DNA of 64,000 nucleotides from Alistipes sp. (GTDB lineage Bacteria; Bacteroidota; Bacteroidia; Bacteroidales; Rikenellaceae). A program made the translations under genes and the position numbers. Below the pieces are notes generated by a model that did no database searches, was not told the origin of the DNA, and worked only from the letters and a program-made list of their open reading frames with translations. The DNA is taken from the NCBI GenBank assembly GCA_045605785.1, contig JAZUQP010000002.1:38378-102377 (forward strand), written 5' to 3'. Shown piece after piece: positions 27,129 to 40,835 of the stretch (positions within the stretch are counted from its first letter, which is position 1; each line of letters begins with the position of its first letter).

Positions 27129-28859
27129 TTACTCCATCACCTCCTGCTCGACAGCCTTGAAGAGGGCTACATCCTCCACGGGCGAAGCCATCAGGTAGGC
27201 ATAGGCCTCCTCGATCTTGGCAGCAGCCATCTTGGTGTAGATCTTCGCCGACTGCACATACTCGGCCGACTCACCGGCCTGACGAGCCAGCAGGAAGGGG
27301 ATAATGATGTGGCCTGCGGTCTCCACCAGGCGACGCGCATGGAACTCCTTGTAGCCGGGGCACTCCTTGTCGAGGGTCTCGACGCGGGCCACCATCTCCT
27401 CGAACTTGGCACGCAGCTCCTTGAGCTTCTCCACAACGGGCTGCATCTCGGCCGAGAACTCCAGGGCCTCGTAGCGCTGAATCTGCTCGAGGAAGGTACC
27501 CTTCGTTACGGCATTGATGGCGGCAACCACCTGCAACTGCGAGGTACCCTCATAGATATTCATGATACGGGCATCGCGGTAGAGACGCTCGCAGGGGTAA
27601 TCCTTCATGAAGCCCGAACCACCGTGAATCTGAATGGCATCGTAGGCGAGCTGATTGGCATACTCCGACGAGAAGAGCTTCACCAGCGGCGTAAAGCCGT
27701 CGGCCAGGCGGGTGTAGAACTTCATCTCCTGACGCTCCTCACTCTCGAGCGAACGCTCGTGCGAAATGTGGGTGTACTGCTTGTAGACCTCCACAAAGCG
27801 GGTCGTTTCGTAGAGCAGCGCACGCACGCCCTGCAACTTGGCCTTCATGTTGGAGAGTATCTCCGAGATGGCAGCAAACTGGATGATGGGCTTGCCGAAC
27901 TGCTGACGCTCGTGGGCATACTTCAATGCCTCGCGGTAGGCCGCCTCGCAAAGACCCGTCGATTGAGCGCCGATACCCAGACGGGCGGCATTCATCAACG
28001 ACATCACATACTTGATAAGCCCCATCTTGCGGTCGCCTACCAGCTGGGCGGGGGCGTTGGTGAATACCAACTCACAGGTGGGCGAGCCCTTGATACCGAG
28101 CTTATTCTCGATACGGCGCACCTTCACACCGCCGTCGCGCTTGTCGTAGACCAACATCGAGAGGCCACGAGCATCGGTCGTGCCCTCCTCGGTACGGGCC
28201 AATACGAGCGACACCTCACCATCACCGTTGGTAATGAAGCGCTTCACACCGTTCAGCAGCCAGGTCTGCTTCTCCTCCGACCAGGTAGCCTTGAGCATCA
28301 CGGCACCCAGGTCGGAGCCGGCATCGGGCTCCGTGAGATCCATGGCGCAGGTAGCACCGGCCGAAACCCACGGCAGGAACTTCTGCTTGATCTCCTCCGA
28401 GGCAAACTCGTTGAGCGTCTCGGCGCAATCCTGCAGACCCCAGATGTTCTCGAAACCGGCATCGGCACGAGCCACCATCTCGTTGGCCATCACAAAGCAG
28501 ACGAGCGGGAAGTTCAGACCGTTGTACTTGCGGGGCAGGGTCATACCACTCAAACCGGCCTCGGTAATGGCCTGGAGGTTACGCTGCGTACCCTCGGCAT
28601 AGACCACATGGTCGTTCACCACCTTGGGGCCCTCGTGATCCACGCTCTCGGCATTGGCGGCAATCACCTCACCACACACCTCACCGGTAATCTCCAGCAC
28701 CTTGCGGTAGTTATCCATTGCATCCTCAAAGTTCTGGGGTGCATAGTCGTAGGTATCCTTCTCGGCGAAGTTACGCTCCTTGAGCTCCACGATTTTGCGC
28801 ATCATGGGATGCTCCAGGTGGAACTGCAAATCCTTATTATCTGAAAAGAAATTAGCCAT
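27129..28859 (-). CDS. Acyl-CoA dehydrogenase
   Basis: MDLTEPDAGSDL, LNGVKRFITNG, KLGIKGSPT, AIQIHGGSG, IYEGTSQLQ. Confidence 0.95.
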   Translation of the reverse strand: MANFFSDNKDLQFHLEHPMMRKIVELKERNFAEKDTYDYAPQNFEDAMDNYRKVLEITGEVCGEVIAANAESVDHEGPKVVNDHVVYAEGTQRNLQAITEAGLSGMTLPRKYNGLNFPLVCFVMANEMVARADAGFENIWGLQDCAETLNEFASEEIKQKFLPWVSAGATCAMDLTEPDAGSDLGAVMLKATWSEEKQTWLLNGVKRFITNGDGEVSLVLARTEEGTTDARGLSMLVYDKRDGGVKVRRIENKLGIKGSPTCELVFTNAPAQLVGDRKMGLIKYVMSLMNAARLGIGAQSTGLCEAAYREALKYAHERQQFGKPIIQFAAISEILSNMKAKLQGVRALLYETTRFVEVYKQYTHISHERSLESEERQEMKFYTRLADGFTPLVKLFSSEYANQLAYDAIQIHGGSGFMKDYPCERLYRDARIMNIYEGTSQLQVVAAINAVTKGTFLEQIQRYEALEFSAEMQPVVEKLKELRAKFEEMVARVETLDKECPGYKEFHARRLVETAGHIIIPFLLARQAGESAEYVQSAKIYTKMAAAKIEEAYAYLMASPVEDVALFKAVEQEVME

Positions 28860-29878
28860 TACTTCGAATTTTGTTTGTAGTACTTAATCATCTTGGGGAT
28901 AATCTCATTCACATCACCCGTAATTGCGTAGTCGGCGATTTTGTTGATCGGGGCGTTGGGGTCGTTGTTGATCGAGATGACCATCGACGACTGATCCATA
29001 CCGGCCGTGTGCTGAATCTGACCCGAAATACCGCAAGCGATGTAGAGCTTCGGGCGTACCGTAACTCCCGTCTGACCAATCTGACGCGCATGCTCCGTAA
29101 AGCCGGCATCGACCGCAGCACGGCTGGCACCCACCTCGGCACCCAGCACCTCGGCCAGGTCGTGTACCAGCTTGAAGTTCTCCTTCGAGCCCATACCGTA
29201 GCCACCGGCCACAATCACCGATGCACCCTTGATGTTGATCTTGCGCTCCTCGATCTGACGATCCAGAATCTTCACCACCAGGTCACTATCCTTGACAAAC
29301 TTCTGCCAATCAATCACCTTCACCTCTCCGGCACCGGGCGTTGCGGCCTCCTGCTTACGCATCACACCCTCGCGCACCGTAGCCATCTGGGGACGGCATT
29401 CGGGGTTGACAATCGTAGCGATGATGTTACCACCGAAGGCGGGGCGAATCTGATAGAGCAGTCCCTCGTACGACTTGCCCGTCTTGGCATCGGTGTGGTC
29501 ACCGATAACGAGCTGCGTACAGTCGGCCGTCAGACCGCTGTGCAGGGTCGAAGATACTCGGGGCGCAAAGTCGCGGCCCACGGGGGTGGCACCAAAGAGG
29601 GCAATCTGGGGCTTCTCCTGCTCGATCAGGCCGCACATCACAGCCGTGTGGGGCAGCGTACGGAAGGGGGCAAACTCCTTGTTATCGGCCACCCACACCG
29701 TATCGGCTCCATACTTGGCCAACTCGACCTCGATACCTGCCAAATTCTCACCCAAAGCCACCGCTTCGAGCTTTACGCCGAGCGTGTCGGCCAACTCACG
29801 ACCCTTGGTCAGGAGCTCCAGGCTGACATCGGCAATTTTGCCACCCTCAAGCTCGATATATACAAATATATTATTCAT
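28859..29878 (-). CDS. etfA: Electron transfer flavoprotein subunit alpha
   Basis: GLTADCT, RPAFGGNI, VGASRAAVDAG, QIGQTG..VRPKLYIACGISGQIQH. Confidence 0.95.
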   Translation of the reverse strand: MNNIFVYIELEGGKIADVSLELLTKGRELADTLGVKLEAVALGENLAGIEVELAKYGADTVWVADNKEFAPFRTLPHTAVMCGLIEQEKPQIALFGATPVGRDFAPRVSSTLHSGLTADCTQLVIGDHTDAKTGKSYEGLLYQIRPAFGGNIIATIVNPECRPQMATVREGVMRKQEAATPGAGEVKVIDWQKFVKDSDLVVKILDRQIEERKINIKGASVIVAGGYGMGSKENFKLVHDLAEVLGAEVGASRAAVDAGFTEHARQIGQTGVTVRPKLYIACGISGQIQHTAGMDQSSMVISINNDPNAPINKIADYAITGDVNEIIPKMIKYYKQNSK

Positions 29879-29890
29879 AGCACAATGGGA

Positions 29891-30769
29891 TTAACCGAGC
29901 GTGTGGCTCGCAATGAGTTCAACCATCAGTTCATTGATATCGGCATCGCTGCCCGTCAGGCGCTTCGACTCCTTGGCCTGGAAGACCACATTCTCGATCT
30001 TCTTCACCTTGGTGGGCGAGCCCAAGAGACCCAGCTGGTTCATATCGGGATTCACATCCTGGGCCGAGAGCTCCACGATGCGCAGATACTCCTTCTTTGC
30101 GACCATCTCTGCCTTGAGCGACTCGGGCTCGGCGGCCACCTCCGACTTGGTGAGGGCATACTTGTACTTCATCACTCGGCGGGCATCCTTCGGACGGCAC
30201 TCCTTGGCCGAGGCGTTCACCGTCATCACCATCGGGATGGGGCACTCCACCACCTCGAAGCCATTCTCCAAACGGCGCTTGATAACCAGCGACGACTCCC
30301 CAAGCTCCATAATCTGCTCGGCATAGGTAACCTGCGGCAGACCCATCTTCTCGGCCACCTGGGGGCCTACCTGGGCGGTATCACCGTCGATGGCCTGACG
30401 ACCGGCCACGATTACATCGGGCTGAATCTGCTTCAGAGCGCACGAGAGGGCATAGGAGGTGGCAAGCGTATCGGAACCGGCAAACTCTCGGCCCGAGAGC
30501 AGGTAACCACCATCGGCACCTCGATACATCGCATCACGAATGATGTCGGCAGCACGCAACGGGCCCATGGTCAGCACATGCACGGTCGAGCCCTCAGCCA
30601 TATCCTTAAGCTGCAGAGCAGCCTCCAGGGCGTTCAAATCTTCGGGGTTGAAGATGGCCGGCAGTGCTGCACGATTGACCGTACCTTCGGGGGTCATCGC
30701 ATCCTTGCCCACATTGCGGGTATCGGGCACCTGCTTGGCCAACACAACAATTTTAAGTTGCTTTGTCAT
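29891..30769 (-). CDS. etfB: Electron transfer flavoprotein subunit beta
   Basis: KQVPDT, NPEDLNALE, GSDTLATS, GRQAIDGDTAQVGP. Confidence 0.95.
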   Translation of the reverse strand: MTKQLKIVVLAKQVPDTRNVGKDAMTPEGTVNRAALPAIFNPEDLNALEAALQLKDMAEGSTVHVLTMGPLRAADIIRDAMYRGADGGYLLSGREFAGSDTLATSYALSCALKQIQPDVIVAGRQAIDGDTAQVGPQVAEKMGLPQVTYAEQIMELGESSLVIKRRLENGFEVVECPIPMVMTVNASAKECRPKDARRVMKYKYALTKSEVAAEPESLKAEMVAKKEYLRIVELSAQDVNPDMNQLGLLGSPTKVKKIENVVFQAKESKRLTGSDADINELMVELIASHTLG

Positions 30770-30841
30770 AGCGAAATATAGTTTTAGAAAAACGACTCCC
30801 GAACCCTTTGTTCGAAGGCTCGGGGTCGATTATTGATTTTC

Positions 30842-32110
30842 TTAACGGACAATGGTCTCCTCGCGGTCGGGACCTACCGAGATAATTTTCACCGGAACAC
30901 CGGTCTCCTCTTCAATGAACTCCACATAGCGACGGAACTCCTCGGGGAACTCTTCGTAGGTGCGGCAGTTGCGAATATCGCTCTTCCACCCCTTAAATTC
31001 GCGGTAGACGGGCTGAATCTCCACTCCATCGACCGTATAGGGGAACTCCGTGGTACGCTTGCCGCCCATATCGTAGGCTACGGCCACCTTTACCGAGTCG
31101 AAGTCGTTAAGCACATCCGACTTCATCATGATGAGCTGCGTTACGCCGTTGATCATGATCGAGTACTTCAGCGCCACCAGGTCGAGCCATCCGCAACGAC
31201 GCTCACGGCCCGTCACGGCACCATACTCATGGCCGATATCGCGCATACGGGCACCCGCCTCGTCGAAGAGCTCGGTGGGGAAGGGGCCGCTACCCACACG
31301 CGTGCAGTAGGCCTTGAAGATACCGAAGACCTCGCCAATGCGGTTGGGGGCCACACCCAGACCCGTGCAGGCTCCGGCGCAGACCGTATTCGAAGAGGTT
31401 ACATAGGGATAGGAGCCGAAGTCGATGTCGAGCAGCGTACCCTGTGCGCCCTCGGCCAAGACCGTCTTATCCTCGCGGAGCAGACGGTTGATTTCGTGCT
31501 CGGAGTCGATGATACGGAACTCTTTGAGGTACTCCAGTGCCTCAAACCAACGGCTCTCCAGCTCGGCCACATCGTAATCGTAAGACATCGAGTGGAGGAT
31601 ATTCTCGTGGCGGTGCTTGGCCTTAAAGTAGATGGACTGGAAGTCGGGATTGAGAATATCACCCACGCGCACACCGTTACGGCTCACCTTATCGGTGTAG
31701 GTGGGGCCAATACCCTTGCCCGTGGTACCAATCTTCGAGCTACCCTTGGCAGCCTCGTTGGCGGCATCGAGAATGCGGTGCGTAGGCATAATCAGATGGG
31801 CCTTCTTCGAGATGTAGAGACGCTTGGTGAGGTCGTGGCCGCTGGCAGCCAGCGCCATGGCCTCCTCGCGGAAGAGAATCGGATCGAGCACCACGCCGTT
31901 ACCGATGATATTCACCTTGCCGCCCTGGAAAATTCCCGAAGGAATCGAGCGCAACACATACTTCTGGCCATCAAACTCGAGGGTGTGGCCCGCATTGGGA
32001 CCGCCCTGGAAACGGGCTACAACCTGATAGTTGGGGGTCAGCACATCGACCACCTTACCTTTACCCTCATCACCCCACTGCAAGCCGAGGATGACATCGA
32101 CTTTCTTCAT
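30842..32110 (-). CDS. purA: Adenylosuccinate synthetase
   Basis: GLQWGDEGKGK, QGGPNAGHT, EGAQG, TRVGSGPFPTE, GAVTGRERRCGW. Confidence 0.98.
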   Translation of the reverse strand: MKKVDVILGLQWGDEGKGKVVDVLTPNYQVVARFQGGPNAGHTLEFDGQKYVLRSIPSGIFQGGKVNIIGNGVVLDPILFREEAMALAASGHDLTKRLYISKKAHLIMPTHRILDAANEAAKGSSKIGTTGKGIGPTYTDKVSRNGVRVGDILNPDFQSIYFKAKHRHENILHSMSYDYDVAELESRWFEALEYLKEFRIIDSEHEINRLLREDKTVLAEGAQGTLLDIDFGSYPYVTSSNTVCAGACTGLGVAPNRIGEVFGIFKAYCTRVGSGPFPTELFDEAGARMRDIGHEYGAVTGRERRCGWLDLVALKYSIMINGVTQLIMMKSDVLNDFDSVKVAVAYDMGGKRTTEFPYTVDGVEIQPVYREFKGWKSDIRNCRTYEEFPEEFRRYVEFIEEETGVPVKIISVGPDREETIVR

Positions 32111-32320
32111 CTTTAACCTTTCTTGTTAAGTGTGAACCCCGCTCAAAGGCGGAGATTAAAAACATTTTTTGCACTCAAAGGTACGAAAAATTTATGAATC
32201 GGCCCAAATTCACCCCGCGAATTATTAACATTTTATAAAAATTCGACCTTCACCGACGAAAAAAGGCCGACTTGACACAGCAAGTCGGCCTCTATGGCAT
32301 GAGCAACGCGCTCCCTGAAA

Positions 32321-32641
32321 CTACATATCTTCGTCGTCGGAGGAGATTGAGTCATCCTGAATCTCGTCAGCCCCCTTGATCTCGTCGTCATCGTCGAAGT
32401 AATCCTTATCGTCGTCATCAATGGCACGATCGTCGATCTTCACATCAATCTTGACGAGATAGGCTACCTCATCGGTCTCGAAAGGCACGGCATAGAAGAA
32501 GTCGCCGTTGGGCTTGTCGATACGCATCATCGCCTCCGAAAAGCCCATCGGATAGTAGGCCTTTACCGCCTCCTGGAGCTCCATGGGCAGATTATTGAAG
32601 CTGGTAACAAGATTACGCTTTTTTAATATAGGTGTCGTCAT
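32321..32641 (-). CDS. Conserved hypothetical protein with an acidic C-terminal tail
   Basis: Start set at MTTPIL; tail DDDDKDYFDDDDE..DDEDM. Confidence 0.75.
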   Translation of the reverse strand: MTTPILKKRNLVTSFNNLPMELQEAVKAYYPMGFSEAMMRIDKPNGDFFYAVPFETDEVAYLVKIDVKIDDRAIDDDDKDYFDDDDEIKGADEIQDDSISSDDEDM

Positions 32642-32778
32642 AAAGTTGCTGAAATTTTCTGCAAGTATAAGCAAAATTCGCAATTATGGCAAATATCACC
32701 ATTTTTTTTGCAAAAAAATTTTTTTCGGCTGAAAATCCACACAAATTGTCTATCTTTACGACAGATTATACCCATTAA

Positions 32779-34881
<2,103 letters not shown>

Positions 34882-34921
34882 GAGAGAAGTAAAAAAAGTA
34901 ACTCATAAAAACAAGAGTAAC

Positions 34922-35815
34922 ATGAAAGCGCAGAATAAATTGAGCGGCGTGGGTGTAGCCCTCGTAACCCCCTTTACACCCGAAGGAAGAATCGACTACA
35001 AAGCCCTGGAGCAGATGGTAGATTATGTCATCGAGGGTGGCGTGGACTACATCGTGGGACTGGGCACCACGGCCGAGACCCCGACCCTCTACATTCAGGA
35101 GCGTGCCGTTGTGGCCCGCTACATCATCGACCGCACGGCCGGCCGCGTACCGGTGGTGTTGGGTGTGGGCGGTAACTCCACCTCGGAGGTGTTGGATCAG
35201 CTGCGCGAGTTCGACCTGCGCGGTGCCGACGCCATCTTGAGCGTTACACCCTACTATAATAAGCCCTCGCAGGAGGGGCTCTACCAGCACTACAAGGTGG
35301 TATCGGAGCACTCGCCGCTGCCAATTATTCTCTACAACATTGCGGGTCGCACGGGCGTAAACATGACCGCCGAGACGACGCTGCGCATCACGCGTGACTT
35401 CAAGAACATCATCGGCATCAAGGAGGCCTCGGGCAACCTTACGCAGATTCAGGAGGTCATTGACCGCCGACCCGAGGGATTCCTCGTTCTGTCGGGCGAC
35501 GACGGCATTGCCGTGGATGTGATGCGACGCGGTGGCGATGGCGTGATTTCGGTGGTGGCCAACTGCTTCCCCAAGCGCTTCATGGAGGTGATGACGCTGG
35601 CCCGCGAGGGTCACTTCGACGAGGCCGACAAGGCTTTCGAGGTGCTCGACGAGGCGGTAAAGGCGCTCTTCCGTGAAGGCAATCCCACGGGTGTGAAGTG
35701 CGCACTCTCGACCATGGGATTGATCGGCAGCACGATGCGTCTGCCGTTGGTGAAGGGTACCCCCGAACTCGAAAAGTGCTTCAAGGAGCTCATCGCGAGA
35801 TACGATTTGTGCTAA
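34922..35815 (+). CDS. dapA: 4-hydroxy-tetrahydrodipicolinate synthase
   Basis: ALVTPF, GTTAE, PYYNKPSQEG, LYNIAGRTG, GIKEASG, LSGDD. Confidence 0.95.
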   Translation: MKAQNKLSGVGVALVTPFTPEGRIDYKALEQMVDYVIEGGVDYIVGLGTTAETPTLYIQERAVVARYIIDRTAGRVPVVLGVGGNSTSEVLDQLREFDLRGADAILSVTPYYNKPSQEGLYQHYKVVSEHSPLPIILYNIAGRTGVNMTAETTLRITRDFKNIIGIKEASGNLTQIQEVIDRRPEGFLVLSGDDGIAVDVMRRGGDGVISVVANCFPKRFMEVMTLAREGHFDEADKAFEVLDEAVKALFREGNPTGVKCALSTMGLIGSTMRLPLVKGTPELEKCFKELIARYDLC

Positions 35816-35845
35816 AAACGCGTTAGGGGTAGAAAACCGATTGCC

Positions 35846-36583
35846 ATGAAACGACTACTTATTGCGCTCTTGCTGTGGGCCGTACCGGCCACGGCGAAGG
35901 TTCCCGTCGAGGAGGATATCATCTCGAAGATTTCGGAGCCCTCGTCCCCCTACTACTACCCCAACCTGATGATGCGCTTCGAGCAGGGTGATCGCACCCT
36001 CAACGAGGAGGATTACCACTATCTCTACTACGGTTACGCCTACCAGGAGAACTACCGTCCGTTGGTTACCAACGAGGCCTTCGACAAGGTGATGTTGCTG
36101 GTCTCGAGCCTCGATGTAGACCACCCCGAGGTGAGCAAGTTGCAGGAGATTCTCATCGCACTTGACGAGGCACTCGACCGCGACCCCTTCAACCCGCAGC
36201 TGCTCAACTTGAAGGCCTACGCCTACGGAGCACTGGGCAACCGCGAAGCCGAGCAGAGCGCCTACGAGCAGATGCGCCATGTGATGATGACCATCGAGGA
36301 TTCGGGCGACGGGCTAACCAAAGAGAGCCCCTGCCACATCCTGATGTTCGACCATGCGTTGAGTCTGTTGGCCTCCTACGGGCTGAATACCGAGCGGGCC
36401 AAAATCATCAGCCGTGAGGTGGAGTACATTCCACTGACCGTCCCCCGCGTAGTGATGGGAAAGAAGATAAGGGGCTACTACTTCGATTACAGCCGCATCT
36501 ACCGCAACAAACCCGAAGGGTACACCTTCAAGCGCGACCGCACCTGGCAGTTCAACAACCTGCCACCCAAAGAGTATAAATAG
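35846..36583 (+). CDS. Exported protein, DUF4919-like
   Basis: Signal peptide; YYYPNLMMRF..LYYGY; DSGDGLTKESP. Confidence 0.65.
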   Translation: MKRLLIALLLWAVPATAKVPVEEDIISKISEPSSPYYYPNLMMRFEQGDRTLNEEDYHYLYYGYAYQENYRPLVTNEAFDKVMLLVSSLDVDHPEVSKLQEILIALDEALDRDPFNPQLLNLKAYAYGALGNREAEQSAYEQMRHVMMTIEDSGDGLTKESPCHILMFDHALSLLASYGLNTERAKIISREVEYIPLTVPRVVMGKKIRGYYFDYSRIYRNKPEGYTFKRDRTWQFNNLPPKEYK

Positions 36584-36595
36584 GAATATAGCATC

Positions 36596-37864
36596 ATGAA
36601 GAGCCTGCGATACCTCATCCCCATCACCCTGCTTACGCTGCTTACGCTTGTCGCCTGCCGCGAGGAGGAGGAGAGTCCGAAGTGGGTACGGCCGCCCTAT
36701 CAGGAGGTGGCCGACCAGACCGTGCTGATGTATCTTTCGGGGCAGTCGCTGCTGTCGCACTTTCGCCGCAACATCGAGGAGGTGCAGCAGGCCATCGACC
36801 GGCACATCCTCTACAACAGCCGTCTGCTGCTCTATGTACAGCCCAACAGCAACCAATCGCTGCTGATCGAGTATTCGTTCGACTACGACAAGCAGGCCTC
36901 ACGGGCCGACACGCTGCGCCGCTACGAGGGGAAGAGCTCCATTATGATTGACCATATCGTGGAGGTGCTGACCGATGTGGGTGAGTTGGCTCCCGCCGAG
37001 CGCTACGGCATGGTATTGGGCTCCCACGGCGGAGGTTGGGTCGAGAGCACCTGGACCGACCTGCGCATGAGCGAGGACGAGGAGGATATGGGCGACGAGT
37101 GGATGCAACGCCACGGCCTGAACAAGCCCTCGTTCGACTGGCTGCACAAGAGCCCGGGAGCCGAAGCGACCCGCTGGTTTGGTGAGCACAAGGGGATGAC
37201 GACCAACATCGAGAATTGGGCCACAGCCTTTGAGCGGGCCCCCATTCGGATGGAGTACCTGATATTCGATGCCTGCTTCATGTCGAACATCGAGGCGCTC
37301 TACGAGTTGCGCCACGCGGCCGACTACATCGTCGCCTCGCCCTGCGAGATTATGGGGCGCGGCATCAACTACAGCATGGCATTGCCGACCCTCTTTACCG
37401 AGAAGGGCGAGAGCCACGACCTTTTGGGCTTCTGCCAAAGCTTCTATGACTTCTACTCCACGACTACCACGACACGCCAATCGGGATGTATCGCCATGAC
37501 GGTCTGCGCAGAGCTGGAGGCGATGGCCGAGGCGACACGCCGCGTACTTGCGGGCCCGACACGAACCGTGGATGCCTCTACGCTGCAAAGTTACGAGGGG
37601 CTCTATCGTCACCTCTTCTTCGACTTCAAGGAGTATATCGAGGCGGTGGGCAACGACGAGGAGCTGTTTGCCGACTTTGAGGAGCAGTTCGAGCGTACCT
37701 TCCCCAAGGAGTACCGCCTCCACACCCCCGAATTTTATTCGGGCTACAACGGAACCATGAACCCCATTGACTACTACTCGGGGGTAACAACCTCGATGCC
37801 CAGCACGAAGTACCCCACCGACTACGCCACCACGCCGTGGTATAGAGCGATGTATGAGCAGTAG
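36596..37864 (+). CDS. Clostripain-family (C11) cysteine peptidase lipoprotein
   Basis: Lipobox VAC; LGSHGGGW, IFDACFM, YIVASPCE. Confidence 0.88.
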   Translation: MKSLRYLIPITLLTLLTLVACREEEESPKWVRPPYQEVADQTVLMYLSGQSLLSHFRRNIEEVQQAIDRHILYNSRLLLYVQPNSNQSLLIEYSFDYDKQASRADTLRRYEGKSSIMIDHIVEVLTDVGELAPAERYGMVLGSHGGGWVESTWTDLRMSEDEEDMGDEWMQRHGLNKPSFDWLHKSPGAEATRWFGEHKGMTTNIENWATAFERAPIRMEYLIFDACFMSNIEALYELRHAADYIVASPCEIMGRGINYSMALPTLFTEKGESHDLLGFCQSFYDFYSTTTTTRQSGCIAMTVCAELEAMAEATRRVLAGPTRTVDASTLQSYEGLYRHLFFDFKEYIEAVGNDEELFADFEEQFERTFPKEYRLHTPEFYSGYNGTMNPIDYYSGVTTSMPSTKYPTDYATTPWYRAMYEQ

Positions 37865-37878
37865 CCGACACCTACACC

Positions 37879-40704
37879 ATGAAAGAGGATAAAATCGAGA
37901 TACAGGGTGCCCGTGTGCACAACCTCAAGAATGTGGATCTGACCATTCCGCGCGACAAGCTGGTGGTCATCACCGGACTCTCGGGCTCGGGCAAGTCGTC
38001 GCTTGCCTTCGATACGCTCTACGCCGAGGGACAGCGCCGTTATATGGAGACCCTCTCGACCTATGCTCGTCAATTTGTGGGCACGATGGAGCGACCCGAG
38101 GTGGACAAAATTACGGGATTGAGCCCCGTGGTGGCCATCGAGCAGAAGCCCACCAACAAGAATCCCCGCTCGACCGTAGGTACCGTAACCGAGATCAACG
38201 ACTTCCTCCGACTGCTCTATGCACGCGCATCGAGGGCCTACTCCCCCATCACGGGCGAGGAGATGGTTCACTACAGCGACGAGCAGATTTGCGAATTGAT
38301 ATTGGAGGGCTTTGCCGGTCGCCGCATCGCCCTGCTGGCCCCCATCGTTCAGGGGCGCAAGGGTCACTACCGCGAGCTCTTCGAGAGTTTGATGAAGCGC
38401 GGTTTTCTCTATGCACGCATAGATGGAGAGATTCGAGAGTTCTCGTCGGGCATGCGACTCGATCGCTACAAGATACACACCATCGACCTGGTGGTAGACC
38501 GCCTGGTGGTAAATGCCGAGGGGCGCGACCGACTGATGTCGTCGCTCAAGGAGGCCCTGCGCCAGGGCAAGGGGACCATGTCGGTCTATGACTACGGTAC
38601 CGAGGCGGCACGCTTCTACTCGCGCCACCTGATGTGTCCCTCGACGGGTGTCGCCTTCGAGGAGCCGGCCCCCCACACCTTCTCGTTCAACTCCCCCAAG
38701 GGGGCCTGCCCCCACTGCAACGGATTGGGCGAGGAGGCGGTATTCGACATGGAGAAGCTGATTCCCGACCCGCGGCTCTCGCTTGCGGAAGGGGCCATTG
38801 AGCCGCTGGGCAAGGGGCGCCAAAACCTTCTCTTTGCCATCCTCGAACAGCTGGGCCGTCGCTACGACTTTACGCTCGACGACCCCGTGGAGAGCCTCTC
38901 GGAGGCGGCGATGAATGCTATCCTGTATGGTGACTCGGAGCCCGTGGCCGTAAACTTCTCCGACTTCAGCTACTCCACCTCGGGCGTACAGCTCGTCTCG
39001 TGGGAGGGAGTGGCCGAGTATATCAATCGTGGCGACGAGGAGGATTCGAAGCGCGGACAGAAGTGGCGCGGACAGTTCCTCTCGTACCGTCCCTGCTCGC
39101 TCTGTGGCGGCTCACGCCTGAAGAAGGAGTCGTTGCAGTTCCGCGTGGACGGAAAGAACATCGCCGAAGTATCGGCCCTCTCGATTCTCGACTTCGCCGC
39201 CTGGATTGCAGGGGTCGAGGAGCAGATGAGCGAAAAGGAGCGCACGATTGCCGCCGAGATTTTGAAGGAGATTCGCGAGCGACTGGGCTTCCTGGTCGAT
39301 GTGGGGTTGGGATACCTCTCCCTAAACCGTGCCTCACGCACCCTCTCGGGTGGTGAGAGCCAGCGCATCCGTCTGGCGACACAGATTGGTTCGAAGTTGG
39401 TCAATGTACTCTACATCTTGGACGAGCCCTCCATCGGACTGCACCAGCGCGACAACCTGCGACTGATATCGAGCTTGAGAAGTCTGCGCGACGCAGGCAA
39501 CTCGGTCATCGTGGTTGAGCACGACGAGGATATGATGCGTGCAGCCGACTTTGTGGTCGATGTGGGCCCGTTGGCCGGTCGAAAAGGGGGTAAAATCGTG
39601 GCGGCAGGCACCTTCGACGAGATTTTGAAGGCCAACACCATCACGGCCGACTACCTCACGGGGCGTCGCCAAATAGAGCGTCCGAAGAGCTACCGCAAAG
39701 GGAGCGGCGAAGTGCTGCGTCTGGCAGGTGCCACGGGCAACAACCTGCAAGGGGTGGATGTCGAGTTCCCGTTGGGCAAGTTTATCTGCGTTACGGGCGT
39801 GAGTGGCTCGGGCAAGTCGTCGCTCGTGAATGGGACGCTGCGTCCCATCCTGAGCCGTATGCTCTACCATTCGCTCGACCAACCGCTCCCCTACGAGCGC
39901 ATCGAGGGGGCCGAACATATCGACAAGTTGGTGGTGGTGGACCAATCGCCCATCGGACGCACCCCGCGCAGCAATCCCGCCACCTACACCAACCTCTTTG
40001 CCGACATTCGCAAACTCTTTGAGCAGACGCCCGACGCCCAGGTGCGCGGTTTCAAGGCGGGACGCTTCTCCTTCAATGTGAAGGGGGGCCGCTGCGAGGA
40101 GTGTCGTGGCGCAGGTGTGCAGACCATCGAGATGAACTTCCTGCCCGATGTCTATGTGCGCTGCAAGGCGTGTGGTGGCAACCGCTACAACCGCGAGACG
40201 CTCGAAGTGAGGTACAAGGGCAAGACGATTAACGATGTGCTGAACATGACCATCAACCTGGCGGTCGAGTTCTTCGAGCACATCCCCTCCATCTACCTCA
40301 AGCTGAAGGCTATTCAGGATGTGGGTCTGGGGTATCTGACCCTCGGGCAGCCCTGCACTACCCTCTCGGGTGGCGAGAGTCAGCGCATCAAGCTCTCGAC
40401 CGAGCTCTCGAAGCGCGACACGGGACGCACGCTCTACATCCTCGACGAGCCCACCACAGGACTCCACTTCGAGGATATTCGCCAGCTGCTGATTGTGCTC
40501 GGCAAGTTGGTCGACAGGGGAAATACGGTCATTGTCATCGAGCACAACCTCGATGTGATTAAGATGGCCGACCACCTGATAGACATTGGCCCCGAAGGGG
40601 GGCGTGAAGGGGGACGCATCGTCGCCACAGGTACCCCCGAGGAGGTTGCCGCCGTCGAGGAGAGTTACACGGGGCAGTTCCTCAAAAAGATACTCAACGC
40701 ATAA
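37879..40704 (+). CDS. uvrA: Excinuclease ABC subunit A
   Basis: Two ABC cassettes ([27 protein letters not shown]) and Zn fingers. Confidence 0.98.
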   Translation: MKEDKIEIQGARVHNLKNVDLTIPRDKLVVITGLSGSGKSSLAFDTLYAEGQRRYMETLSTYARQFVGTMERPEVDKITGLSPVVAIEQKPTNKNPRSTVGTVTEINDFLRLLYARASRAYSPITGEEMVHYSDEQICELILEGFAGRRIALLAPIVQGRKGHYRELFESLMKRGFLYARIDGEIREFSSGMRLDRYKIHTIDLVVDRLVVNAEGRDRLMSSLKEALRQGKGTMSVYDYGTEAARFYSRHLMCPSTGVAFEEPAPHTFSFNSPKGACPHCNGLGEEAVFDMEKLIPDPRLSLAEGAIEPLGKGRQNLLFAILEQLGRRYDFTLDDPVESLSEAAMNAILYGDSEPVAVNFSDFSYSTSGVQLVSWEGVAEYINRGDEEDSKRGQKWRGQFLSYRPCSLCGGSRLKKESLQFRVDGKNIAEVSALSILDFAAWIAGVEEQMSEKERTIAAEILKEIRERLGFLVDVGLGYLSLNRASRTLSGGESQRIRLATQIGSKLVNVLYILDEPSIGLHQRDNLRLISSLRSLRDAGNSVIVVEHDEDMMRAADFVVDVGPLAGRKGGKIVAAGTFDEILKANTITADYLTGRRQIERPKSYRKGSGEVLRLAGATGNNLQGVDVEFPLGKFICVTGVSGSGKSSLVNGTLRPILSRMLYHSLDQPLPYERIEGAEHIDKLVVVDQSPIGRTPRSNPATYTNLFADIRKLFEQTPDAQVRGFKAGRFSFNVKGGRCEECRGAGVQTIEMNFLPDVYVRCKACGGNRYNRETLEVRYKGKTINDVLNMTINLAVEFFEHIPSIYLKLKAIQDVGLGYLTLGQPCTTLSGGESQRIKLSTELSKRDTGRTLYILDEPTTGLHFEDIRQLLIVLGKLVDRGNTVIVIEHNLDVIKMADHLIDIGPEGGREGGRIVATGTPEEVAAVEESYTGQFLKKILNA

Positions 40705-40741
40705 AAAAGGGATGGCTAAAAAATCAGCCATCCCCTTTTTA
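40705..40741 (+). terminator. Terminator after uvrA
   Basis: AAAAAGGGATGGCT..AGCCATCCCCTTTTT. Confidence 0.75.
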
Positions 40742-40835
40742 TAGGAGGTTGAATAAAAAGAGGTAGTTTTAGGCTTGCGGCCATAACGACAAAAAGACTT
40801 TTTATTCAGCCTATATTTTTGCCTTATGACCTCGT

